From an uncultured Selenomonadales bacterium (GTDB taxonomy: Bacteria; Bacillota; Negativicutes; Selenomonadales; Selenomonadaceae), in assembly GCA_937915725.1 (NCBI GenBank), contig CALGGV010000013.1, positions 1-50,245 on the forward strand: a stretch of DNA of 50,245 bases, read 5' to 3'. The notes beneath the pieces were generated by a model. The model made no database searches. It was not told the origin of the DNA and saw only the letters and a program-made list of their open reading frames with translations. Positions 35,273-44,900 of this stretch are shown one piece after another. The position numbers were made by a program, and so were the translations under genes. The first letter of the stretch is position 1. Every line of letters starts with the position of its first letter.

Positions 35273-37951
35273 ATGGCGCAAAAAAAATATTATGAACATG
35301 ATTTAAAAAGAATGACGGTTTACCATTTGCAAGAAATTGCACGGCGTGAAAAAATTATCCCGGCGGTTGCCAATCGCTTGGATAAGGAACTTTTGATACA
35401 AACAATTTTGCGTTATCGCGGCGCAGAAAAAGCCTTGTTGATAAATGAATTTCGCGCAGAAGATTATCAACGGCTTGAAAATTTTTTCCCTCACATAACC
35501 TTTCAGCCGCAACCAATAAATTTGAAATGTAACGCCGGTATAAAAGTTTGGCAAGGATTAGCCGTAAATTTTTTTGACAATATCACAATAAATTACACGC
35601 CAACTTTAAGCGGTACAAATGCTTTTATTGTTGACAGCCAAAAAAATTTGTGTTGCATTTTCAACGTTGAAGAAAAAATTAACGATAAAAATTTTCTGTA
35701 CCTGCGCAAAAATAGGGATCTGCCCTGCCGTGAATCGCAGATTAAAAATTATTTTCTGATTCTGATGGAGCGCGTTTACTCTGAACAATTTTTTAATTTT
35801 TACAACGGTAAAGCCTCTATGATTCAAGAAAATATTCCCGCGTATTGTCTGCAACTTTTGAACTTTCAAGTTTTGGAGCCGGAAATTTTAAAAATGCCCG
35901 TTGCAATAGATTTTGGAACTTCAAGCACAACCGCCGGCGTTTTGGATTTCAAAGAAAAAAGCAGCGTTGCAAAACTTCACAATGAAAGTATTAAGCACGC
36001 CCTTTTTTACGATTTTGACGGCAAAGAAACTGATTTAGTTCCAACAATTATTGGCGTAAAATCTTTAGAAAATCCTGAAAAACCGAAATATATTTTTGGC
36101 TATGACGCCTTCAAATTTTCGGCGTATATGGACGAGGGCTTTTCGGTTTTTTACGATATAAAACGCTGGATTTCAGATTTTGACAAGGAAGAAGAATTGA
36201 CTGATAATTTGGGGCGGCGCGTTTTTGTCAGTCGAAAAAAAATCCTGCGCGAATTTTTTATTTATATAATTCACGCGCTGGAAGATTATATTAAGGGGCG
36301 CGTTCGCTATGTGCACATTTCCGGACCGGTTAAGCAAAAGGGAAAATTTCAACATCTTTATAAAGAAATTTTGCCCGAATACGCCGTTGAACAAAAAGAA
36401 ATGATTGATGAAAGTGTGGCTGTCCTTTACAACATTATCAGCGAATTTATCGAAAATAAAACCATTCGCAACCGCCAAAAATACAGCGCGTTGGTTATCG
36501 ACTGCGGCGGCGGAACTACGGATATTTCGTCTTGCAGTTTTTCAGTTGACAATCAGCGCGTTTCTTACGCCATTGATATTGAAACCGGCTATGAAAACGG
36601 CAGTACAGATTTTGGCGGAAATAATTTGACTTATCGAATTTTGCAGATTTTAAAATTGAAAATCGTTGAAAATCTTTGCAAGCAATATTTAAATCGCAGC
36701 CCTTTAATTACGGCGCAACGGGAATTTTACGGCGAAAAATTTTCTTTTGACCAACAAACTTTTTTGAAGGCGTCAGCAATTCCAACTTTAAAAAGTTTGC
36801 TTAAAGATTTTAATTTGGACGTTTTCAGGTACATTGATGAAAACGGCGTCGCCTCAATCTACAAAAATTTTGAAAGTGCTTATGCACAAGCTGAAGAAAT
36901 TTTGCCGACTAAATTTAAAGAATGGGAAAATAAAAATCGCAGGGAATATTTTTTAGTGCGGAATAATTATTATTTTTTGTTTGGAATTGCAGACAGAATC
37001 AAGCAAGCATTTTTTCAAAATTACGGAATAATTCAAGTTTTGTTGGCGATTGAAGGCAACCACGATAAGCCGAGCCGAAATTGGGAAATTAATCGCCAAT
37101 ATGAATTTTTCGGCGATAATTTAATAAAAATTCCGCTTGACAAATGGAAGTTGACTTTGAAAAATTCTGAAGGGCTTACCTTGATAAAAAATTTGCCGGA
37201 TATTTCTTTCAGTATTTTTGAAATTGAGCCGATTTTAAACCCGGATATTTACAATATAATTCGGCAACTTTTGGATCCGATTTACGAGAGCGGCGAAATT
37301 GAAAATTACAGCTTGATAAAATTAAGCGGGCAGTCTTGCAAAATTGATTTATTTCGCACTTCGTTAAAAGAATTTGTACCGGGCAAATTGATAAAATCTA
37401 AGCCCAGAGCTGAAAAAAAATCTGAACAAAATGAATTAAAAATGTCTTGCATTGACGGCGCGTTAAAATATCTGCGCGATAAAAAATTTGGTTACGCTGA
37501 TATAAAAATAAAAAATCGCAGTCCGCATTTGCCGTACATTTTAACCGGCTTTACTCATACCGGCGAAGAAGTTACATTGATTGACGACGCGCAGTCTAAA
37601 GAAAACGGCGTCCTTTCCCGCAATATTGAAGATTTAACTTTGACTGTCTACCTTAAAGATAATGAAAAAAATTTGCGTCAAGAATTGATTTACGAATGCA
37701 CGCTTGAAGAATTTGACGAGAAAAAACAGGAAGAAATAGAAAAGATTTACGGCGAAAATATTCCGCAAGATGAAACTGATACAATCGTGAACGGCGAAGT
37801 AAAATTTTTTATTTGGGTGGAGTCTCAAGATTGGGGATTTGTAATTGTGCCGGTTTATCGTGAAGATGAAACTTTGTACGTCGGCAAAGAAAAATTTTTC
37901 AATTTTGAAAATGATCAGTGGATAAAAAATTTCTTTGACGGCTTGAAATAA
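35273..37951 (+). CDS. Atypical Hsp70/actin-fold ATPase (892 aa) with an N-terminal extension
   Basis: Phosphate-1-like VAIDFGTSSTTAGV and phosphate-2-like LVIDCGGGTTDISS. The N-terminal 200 aa or so start with a SAP / Rho-N-like helix pair (MTVYHLQEIARREKIIPAVANRLDKELLIQTIL). There is no canonical DnaK substrate-binding domain signature. Confidence 0.7.
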   Translation: MAQKKYYEHDLKRMTVYHLQEIARREKIIPAVANRLDKELLIQTILRYRGAEKALLINEFRAEDYQRLENFFPHITFQPQPINLKCNAGIKVWQGLAVNFFDNITINYTPTLSGTNAFIVDSQKNLCCIFNVEEKINDKNFLYLRKNRDLPCRESQIKNYFLILMERVYSEQFFNFYNGKASMIQENIPAYCLQLLNFQVLEPEILKMPVAIDFGTSSTTAGVLDFKEKSSVAKLHNESIKHALFYDFDGKETDLVPTIIGVKSLENPEKPKYIFGYDAFKFSAYMDEGFSVFYDIKRWISDFDKEEELTDNLGRRVFVSRKKILREFFIYIIHALEDYIKGRVRYVHISGPVKQKGKFQHLYKEILPEYAVEQKEMIDESVAVLYNIISEFIENKTIRNRQKYSALVIDCGGGTTDISSCSFSVDNQRVSYAIDIETGYENGSTDFGGNNLTYRILQILKLKIVENLCKQYLNRSPLITAQREFYGEKFSFDQQTFLKASAIPTLKSLLKDFNLDVFRYIDENGVASIYKNFESAYAQAEEILPTKFKEWENKNRREYFLVRNNYYFLFGIADRIKQAFFQNYGIIQVLLAIEGNHDKPSRNWEINRQYEFFGDNLIKIPLDKWKLTLKNSEGLTLIKNLPDISFSIFEIEPILNPDIYNIIRQLLDPIYESGEIENYSLIKLSGQSCKIDLFRTSLKEFVPGKLIKSKPRAEKKSEQNELKMSCIDGALKYLRDKKFGYADIKIKNRSPHLPYILTGFTHTGEEVTLIDDAQSKENGVLSRNIEDLTLTVYLKDNEKNLRQELIYECTLEEFDEKKQEEIEKIYGENIPQDETDTIVNGEVKFFIWVESQDWGFVIVPVYREDETLYVGKEKFFNFENDQWIKNFFDGLK

Positions 37952-38290
37952 TTTGCCCTGCTATAAAAAATTTTGATAGTTTTGTAGTCCAGCTATAAGT
38001 CTACCCGGAAAAATACCCTGCGGGGCTTTTTATTTTTCAAATATTTCAGTTTCAAGGGATTTGAGAATAAGCAACAAGGGAGCTGTTAAAATCGACAGAA
38101 TCAATACCGGCGGTTAAACCAATAAATTTAACAGAGCCGGAACCGATTTTAGCGATAAAATCATTGCCATCGTTGAACATAGAATCGTTGCCAGCACCAG
38201 CCCCCACTTTCAAGAAAATTTTTTTATGTCTCGAATTTGCATTTGTAATTGTTTTAAAGTGATTAATTTCAAAGTCCCTCCCTCGCTTTG

Positions 38291-38378
38291 CTAGGATTTG
38301 TTTACAAATTTTTCTTTTTTAACAAGTCGGCATTTCTTTCTTTAGAAGAAATAAATTACCAAAGAAAGAATCTTTTTT
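38291..38378 (+). repeat. MITE-like repeat, 5' half only, truncated at the prophage-remnant boundary
   Basis: ctaggatttgtttacaaattttt...ttaacaagtcggcatttctttctttagaagaaataaattaccaaagaaagaa, after which similarity ends. Confidence 0.55.
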
Positions 38379-38593
38379 TTATTATTTGGCGCGCCATTCG
38401 GTCTGCCTTTTTTATTCAAAATATCTTGCTTGCCAATATAATAATTTTTCAACTTTTGCTGATATTGCAAAAATCTTTCAGAAGTCAATTCATAACTGCC
38501 TGTGATTTTTACTTCGCCACGCTTTAAGGATTCAATCAATCTTACGTCAACCGCCGTTTGTGTGGTAAACAATTCTACTGGTAAATCAATCAT
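38342..38593 (-). CDS. Small phage-like hypothetical protein; its C-terminus runs into the MITE fragment
   Basis: GGAGGA SD 7 nt before the ATG at 38593. The last 12 codons or so are encoded by repeat sequence, which suggests truncation. Confidence 0.4.
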   Translation of the reverse strand: MIDLPVELFTTQTAVDVRLIESLKRGEVKITGSYELTSERFLQYQQKLKNYYIGKQDILNKKGRPNGAPNNKKKILSLVIYFF

Positions 38594-38670
38594 TTTGGAT
38601 CCTCCATTACAATGCAAAATTACCTTTGCTGATACGGCGTGTACGTGCAGATTAAGGAAATCTTTCAAGC

Positions 38671-38950
38671 TCACCTAATAACGGTTTTACTTTTAACTTT
38701 AAAACCTGCCAAACTGCGAATATAACTTTGCGCTTGTTCTTTACCTGCTTGACTGGGGTCTTGCGGTATCAGAATTTTTTTACAGCCGTATTCAAATTTA
38801 TCAGTTTCAGCCATACTTTTAACAAGTGATCTGATATTAGCAGCATTTGCCGCTATCCTTTTTACATCAAGTATAAATATATTGCCCATTTTTCATTCTG
38901 CCCATCAAAACACCTGCAGTTCTGTCAGGGTCTTGATTTAAAAGATTGAC
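38671..38950 (-). pseudogene. Phage terminase large-subunit remnant (C-terminal nuclease-domain fragment, frameshifted)
   Basis: ...DPDRTAGVLMGRMKNG in one frame continues as NIFILDVKRI...ILIPQDPSQAGKEQAQSYIRSLAGFKV in another. The frame break is near 38865-38895. The N-terminal ATPase part is absent. Confidence 0.55.
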
Positions 38951-39132
38951 TTAGTATGGATTCTCTTTGCACTTTAATCCTGTTGATAAAAATTCCAACA
39001 ACAATTTAGATTTATTCTGTAAGTACTTTATGATAATGCTGTTGCAGAAAATTTCTTCAATTGTTTGAAATGCTTATTTGCCTATATTGAAGGTTATCAC
39101 AACTACATTCATATTTTTTCTGTTCGTTTTTT

Positions 39133-39819
39133 CTAGAAACACTCACTTTTTGCACTTTTCATTTTATCCATAAGCTCTTCTAATCCTGTTTTGGGGTCGA
39201 ATATTTCATATTCGGGCTCTTTCCAAGTCATATTGCCGTTGGTATCATAATATTTTTCAAAACCTGATCTATACGTTGGAGGATTAGCTAATATCAGTGC
39301 GTTTGGATTATCTATAACTTCTTCAAGATGTTTCCACATATCAAGCGTACGGTAATTCATACCACCGAGAATATCTTTAGCACGATTCAGCTGCTCACTT
39401 AAAAATTTAATATGTTCATCACGCCGCTTTTCCATATCGACAAGATAATTATAAAAATAATCTTTTTCGGCATTCTTTGCCATACTTAAATATTTCCACG
39501 CATACAAAGCAGTAGCAGGGTCTAAAAGTTCTTCATCTCTGAAACCTTTAGCTTTTAAACAAAGTTCTTCTAAAGGTTGCCCTGTTATTGCGTATCCCAT
39601 TATTGAAGTAAACATTGAAACGTCTGAATTTTCAATTTGAGAAGTTTTAAAACCGGCTTGAATTGCCAAATGTGATAAAGCGAATGCACCTGCACAAGGT
39701 TCAATAAACTTTGTATAGCCATTTTTCAAAGCATTTCCAACAAGCGTTTTCAAAAATTCTTGTTCCGATGTAGTTAACGTTGTTAAGAAAAAAATACCCG
39801 GTGCTCGAAAACCTTGCAT
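39133..39819 (-). CDS. Dam-like (D12-class) N6-adenine DNA methyltransferase, orphan, phage-type
   Basis: FIEPCAGAFAL (motif I-like) near residue 40 and LILANPPTY (motif IV-like) near residue 180, with the same spacing as in Dam. No adjacent endonuclease gene. Confidence 0.5.
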   Translation of the reverse strand: MQGFRAPGIFFLTTLTTSEQEFLKTLVGNALKNGYTKFIEPCAGAFALSHLAIQAGFKTSQIENSDVSMFTSIMGYAITGQPLEELCLKAKGFRDEELLDPATALYAWKYLSMAKNAEKDYFYNYLVDMEKRRDEHIKFLSEQLNRAKDILGGMNYRTLDMWKHLEEVIDNPNALILANPPTYRSGFEKYYDTNGNMTWKEPEYEIFDPKTGLEELMDKMKSAKSECF

Positions 39820-39884
39820 AAATCATCAACTATTTTTTTAATATAAAAGCCTCAACCATTTTCTGATTGAGGCGTTATTTTCAT

Positions 39885-39958
39885 TGGTACGCCGATCAGG
39901 ATTCGAACCTACTTCTCCCGGCTCAGAACCGAGCATTTTTCCACTAAACTATCGACGG
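39885..39958 (-). tRNA. tRNA-Gln-like (anticodon CUG), CCA encoded, slightly non-canonical
   Basis: Hand fold of 74 nt: anticodon stem CTCGG/CCGGG with loop TTCTGAG; T-loop GGTTCGAATCC; D-loop with AGTGG. C1-U72 and 49-65 are mismatched. It abuts the stop codon of the upstream gene. Confidence 0.6.
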
Positions 39959-40750
39959 TTATTTATTAATTATATCAAGTATGCCAACCATTCCAACCGA
40001 CGCAAGCTCTATAGCGGCTTTCAGGTCTATTGCTTTTTCCTGTCCTTTTTTATTTACTCTATAGACTTGAACAGTTGAATCACTTAGCAAAATAAATCTC
40101 AATTTTTCTATCGTGTCAAAATCAAGTAAAACATCTGCTTTACCTTCAGATATAAGTTCGCGTGCGTCCTTGTCAAAAAGCCGTGTTTGTTTGCCGGTTT
40201 TTCTGTCAACTTGATAGTATACATCGCCGCCTATATACGGCAAATACTCTCTAGGTTTCCATATGCTGTATTCAATTCGTATCAAAGGTTTTTCATTATC
40301 GGAAACAGCAGATTCTTCTTTAATTTCGTTTTTAACATTCATTGAAGGAGCAGGAATTTTATTTTTTATCGGCGATTCATCTTTCAATTCTGATATAATC
40401 TCACCTGTTTTTTCAAACCACCATTTGGCAAATATTTGGCGGTGACACCATTCACCGACTTGTCTAACGTCTTCATAACAACAAAGTACAACATCTTTAC
40501 CAAGTGCCAAATATTGCTCCAGTTGTTTAGATATTCTTTCAACTCCAACTCTCTCAAGATGTGCAATATATAAATCTATAAACTGCTCTTTTACGTTAAT
40601 ATTGAAAATTTCTTTTGGCGGCGCAATATCAATGATATTTCCAGCGCGTTCGTAAGCCAAACGAAATCTCGGAAGATACCGAACAATACCAACAACCGTA
40701 TAATTTCCACTTTTTAATTCAGGATTTTGAAAACGACTTATGTAAATCAC
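39959..40750 (-). CDS. DUF488-like domain protein with an uncharacterised C-terminal half
   Basis: GTG at 40750 is 7 nt after a GAGGAGGA SD. VVLCCYEDVRQVGEWCHRQIFAKWW matches the DUF488 signature (LLC.E....CHR). Confidence 0.5.
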   Translation of the reverse strand: MIYISRFQNPELKSGNYTVVGIVRYLPRFRLAYERAGNIIDIAPPKEIFNINVKEQFIDLYIAHLERVGVERISKQLEQYLALGKDVVLCCYEDVRQVGEWCHRQIFAKWWFEKTGEIISELKDESPIKNKIPAPSMNVKNEIKEESAVSDNEKPLIRIEYSIWKPREYLPYIGGDVYYQVDRKTGKQTRLFDKDARELISEGKADVLLDFDTIEKLRFILLSDSTVQVYRVNKKGQEKAIDLKAAIELASVGMVGILDIINK

Positions 40751-40849
40751 CGTAAATCCTCCTCGCGCTTTTACACTACACACATTCCACTTATCAAAAC
40801 ATTAGCACGATTCTACATATTAACATTTTAACTTTTGGCAAATGCCTTG

Positions 40850-41281
40850 TCAATGACATCTTTGTGACATAACAGCATACTCTATGATTTCGGGATTACC
40901 CGCTTGGTAATAAGCCCCAAGCGCATTTAGTAATTCACAAAAGTGACACGGAGCTATAGATTCCACCTCAATCCCAACTTTTAGCATAACATTTTTTACT
41001 GCCATAAACTCGCGTTCACAACCACTGATACGAATTTTAGCCGCACTCATTTTTTCGCCGTGATCGGTATAACTTTCAAACATTGCGTGGGATAATACAG
41101 TTTCTTTACTTACTAAAGTACCTATTGTTAATTTAGCAAGCGTAATTTTATAATTGCCCGGTACCGTCGCAAACAGAGTATATTTTTCAACGCCGTTTCC
41201 ATACACATAAGTTGGTAATTCGCAAGAATTTTTAATATCAAATGGCTTTAACTGTACATTCTTAATCATTTTTATTTTCAC
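40850..41281 (-). CDS. Hypothetical protein (prophage remnant)
   Basis: Intact 143-aa ORF, co-oriented and tightly spaced with its neighbours. No recognisable motif. Confidence 0.4.
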   Translation of the reverse strand: MKIKMIKNVQLKPFDIKNSCELPTYVYGNGVEKYTLFATVPGNYKITLAKLTIGTLVSKETVLSHAMFESYTDHGEKMSAAKIRISGCEREFMAVKNVMLKVGIEVESIAPCHFCELLNALGAYYQAGNPEIIEYAVMSQRCH

Positions 41282-41290
41282 TCCTTTTAC

Positions 41291-41494
41291 TTATATAAAT
41301 TCGGCAAAACCAAAATTGCATTTTTGACATTTGCAATTAAAACCACGACCGAATTTATTCTGAATCTGCTCAATAATATCTTTTTGTTTAGATACTATTT
41401 TAATGTTTCCGCGCTTATTAAATTTAAATCGGATAGTGCTTTTAGCCTCTACAACAACATCATCACTTCCGCACTTCGGACATTCAATTTTCAT
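41291..41494 (-). CDS. Small zinc-ribbon protein (prophage remnant)
   Basis: CPKCGS ... CQKCNF, a pair of CxxC motifs within 67 aa. Confidence 0.45.
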   Translation of the reverse strand: MKIECPKCGSDDVVVEAKSTIRFKFNKRGNIKIVSKQKDIIEQIQNKFGRGFNCKCQKCNFGFAEFI

Positions 41495-41507
41495 TTATAT
41501 AACCTCC

Positions 41508-41936
41508 TCAATCAAACCACGCATACATTTCATCATTTATATTAAAATCATCTGCATTTCTGAATAATTCTATAAATTCATTTTCCTCCGCCTTTGATTC
41601 TGCAGGTGCTATTTTTTCAATACCATCTAGGCTAACTCGATAATCCGAACGTTCAATAGAAACTACATATCCCATTACGGTATAGTCTGGATACTTTTCC
41701 ATAAATTTAATAAACTCTCGAATAGTGGGACTGTCATTTTGATACTCTTCCACATCGACAAATTTTAAATCTACCAATTTTTTCAATTTCTCAAGATTAA
41801 GATTCTCAAACCTGCGAATACCACCCGTATAAAATCGGGGCTCGTATTTTCCAAAAATAATTTCATCGCGCATTTGCACATTTTCATTTAACTTAAATTG
41901 TATTATAGCATAAAAAAAATTCCCGCAATTTGACAA
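41508..41936 (-). CDS. Hypothetical protein (prophage remnant)
   Basis: Intact 142-aa ORF, co-oriented with its neighbours. No recognisable motif. Confidence 0.4.
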   Translation of the reverse strand: MSNCGNFFYAIIQFKLNENVQMRDEIIFGKYEPRFYTGGIRRFENLNLEKLKKLVDLKFVDVEEYQNDSPTIREFIKFMEKYPDYTVMGYVVSIERSDYRVSLDGIEKIAPAESKAEENEFIELFRNADDFNINDEMYAWFD

Positions 41937-41994
41937 TTTTTCAATTCATTGTACAATTTTGCTATTCAAATTAAAATAAAAGTGGAGGCACATT

Positions 41995-44900
41995 ATGGAC
42001 AATGAAAAAAACAATGTCATTTCAGATATTAGAAAAAGCGGCGTTATGAAATTGGCAGTAATTGGCAGCGTAATTATTGCCTTCATTTTAATAATTGGAA
42101 CATTTTGGAGCGGCAAAAGTGCAAGCACAGATACTGAAAAAGCCGTCCGAAATGTCAGCCTTTTGTATCTTGACGAATTGGCGGGAAGACGTGAACAAAT
42201 TGTATCCGCTGCGCTTAGCAATTATATTAATAATATCAACGTCGCATTGGAACTTATAACCAAAGAGGATCTGTCCGGCGTCGAGAATTTGCAAAAGTTT
42301 CAAGCGAAAGTCAAAAGAATGTACGGATTTAAAAAATTTGCATTCGTTGCAAATGACGGCTTGATTTATACTGCAACCGGCACGCGCAATGATATAGATA
42401 TTTATCAATTTGACTACAAAAATATGACTGATACTTCAATAATTGTAAGAAATTTAAGAAACAGCAATAAAAAATTAGTCGTGGCAGTCCCTATAGATAA
42501 TTTGCCCTTTGAAGGAAAAATTCTTGTTGCCTGTTTTATGGAAATTGATATGAATGACATGTTAAATTATGTTTGCATTCAATCAACCGGCACTACAACT
42601 TTTTGTAACCTTTATACAGAGGATGGATTTTCTTTAACAAATATCATACTCGGCGGACTTTTAAGCGGCGATAATCTTTTTGAGGAACTTAAGCGCGCCA
42701 CATTTGAAAAAGGATATTCTATAGGCGAAATGAAAAAGGATTTTGCTGAAGGCAGAAAAGGTTATATTTCTTTCAATTATGATAATGTGCGCGGTACAAT
42801 GTATTATGTTCCGGTTCATGGGGCGGATTGGTTTTTAACTTATTTTATTCGTGAAAGTATCATTGGAGATCAAGTCAATTCAATTTCAGCCGGAATTGTT
42901 CAAAGAAATTTAGTACAGCTAATTTTAACGGCACTTGTATTAATGAGTATTTTTGGAATTATGATTTTGCAAGTGCGCCGCGCCGCCAAATTAAATCTTG
43001 AAAAAGAAATTTCAGAAACTGAAAACCGCGTCAAACAACAGGAGCTTGAGGAACAACTTGCACTGCAAGAAGAACTTTTATCACAGGAACAATTAAAAAC
43101 TCAACAAGACAATATGATAACCGCGCTTGCCGCCGATTATCGCAGTGTCTACTATATCGATTTAGACACGGGCGACGGTATTTGTTATCGTGAAGATTCT
43201 AAAATTGAAAATGCAAAATCTAACGGCGAAAAATTTAAATTTTTGGAGTTTTTCACAAATTACGCGCTGACTTATGTTGTTGAAGAATATCGAGAAGGAT
43301 TTTTAAATTTCATTAAGACTGAAAATATTCGATCTGGGCTTTTAGAAAATCCAATTATCGTTTACAGATATTTGGCGCGCCACGACGACAAAGAAAGTTA
43401 TGAAATGTTGAGAATGGCGGGTGTTCGTAACGCTGGGGAAAGATATGATAACCAAATTCACAAAGTCGGCGCAGGTTTTACAGATATTGATTCTGAAATG
43501 AGAAACGCGCTGGCGAAAAATCAAGCGTTAAATGACGCACTGAAAGCCGCTGAAGAGGCAAGCACTGCAAAAACTGTTTTTCTTTCCAATATGAGCCACG
43601 AAATTAGAACGCCTATGAATGCAATTATCGGGCTTGATAATCTTGCAATGAATGAACCAAATATTTCTGACAAAATGCGCGATTATCTGAAAAAAATCGA
43701 CAGCTCCGCGCAACATTTACTCAATTTGATAAATGATATTTTGGATATGTCAAGAATTGAGAGCGGACGCCTTACCATAAAAAATGAAGAATTTTCCTTT
43801 TCAGAATTCATTGAACAAATTAATACAATGTTCAGCGGGCAATGCGCCGAAAGAAAATTGGAGTACAACTGCCGAATTAACGGCGAAGTTGAAGATTTTT
43901 ATATTGGCGACGTTATGAAACTGAAACAGGTTATGATAAATATTTTGGGAAATGCCGTAAAATTTACACCGGCGGGCGGCAAAATTGATTTTATTGTTGA
44001 AAAGACGGCTAATTTTAAAGGCAAGTCCACTTTCAAATTTATTATCAAGGATACCGGAATTGGAATGAGTGCGGAATTTCTGCCAAAACTTTTTGACACT
44101 TTCAGTCAAGAAAATTCCGGCGCGGCTAATAAATATGGAAGTTCCGGACTCGGTATGGCAATTACAAAAAATATTGTCGAAATGATGAACGGAAAAATTA
44201 CTGTCGAAAGTGAAAAAGGCAAAGGCACAACATTTTTTGTTACAGTTACTTTGACTGATTCAGAGAAAAAATTTGACGCTGATGAAATTGAAATAAATCC
44301 CGCGTCGATGAATGTTTTAATTATCGACGATGATAAAATTGCTTGTGATCATGCAAAATTAGTTTTGGAAAAAACGGGAATTGCGGCGGAAACTGCACTT
44401 TCAGGCAAAGAGGCTCTTGAAATGATAAAATTAAAATCTGCGCGCAGGGAGCCGTACAATTTAATAATAGTTGATTGGAAAATGCCGGAAATGGACGGCG
44501 TGGAAGTAACGCGGCAAATTCGTTCAATCATTGGCAACGATACGGCAATAATAATTTTGACGGCGTATAATTGGGACGATATAACCGAAGAGGCAATAGC
44601 AGCGGGCGTCGATAGTTTCATATCTAAGCCGCTGTTTTCCGGTCATTTATTGGACGAATTTAAAAACGCACTCAAAAATAAAAAAATGCTCTCTTCCGCT
44701 GTACAGAAAAAAGCAGATTTAACCGGCAAAAAAATTCTTTTGGCTGAAGATATGATTGTTAATGCAGAAATTATGATGGAAGTTTTGAAAATGCGGGAAA
44801 TGGAGCCTGAACACGCAGAAAACGGCAAAATCGCCCTTGAAATGTTTGAAAAATCCGCGCCGAATTATTACGCGGCAATTTTAATGGATATGCGAATGCC

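Noticed and set aside
37952-38050. Possible terminator after the Hsp70-like gene (AT-rich palindrome CTATAAAAAATTTTGATAG; CCCTGCGGGG followed by a T run)
   Set aside because: The stems are only 3-4 GC pairs or are purely A-T with mismatches. That is not convincing enough to call.
38052-38271. Small minus-strand gene with a GAGGGAGGGA SD. It encodes MKLITLKQLQMQIRDIKK, then, after a frame break in an A7 run followed directly by T4, VGAGAGNDSMFNDGNDFIAKIGSGS..., which resembles RTX GGxGxD repeats
   Set aside because: Both pieces are under 60 aa and the RTX resemblance rests on two short motifs. The gene is disrupted. I note it as a possible decayed fragment, but it is too weak to annotate.
41946-42408. 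Minus-strand ORFs overlapping the start of the hybrid kinase gene
   Set aside because: They are antisense to a strongly supported kinase ORF and have no RBS. They are hydrophobic shadow translations of the TM-encoding region.
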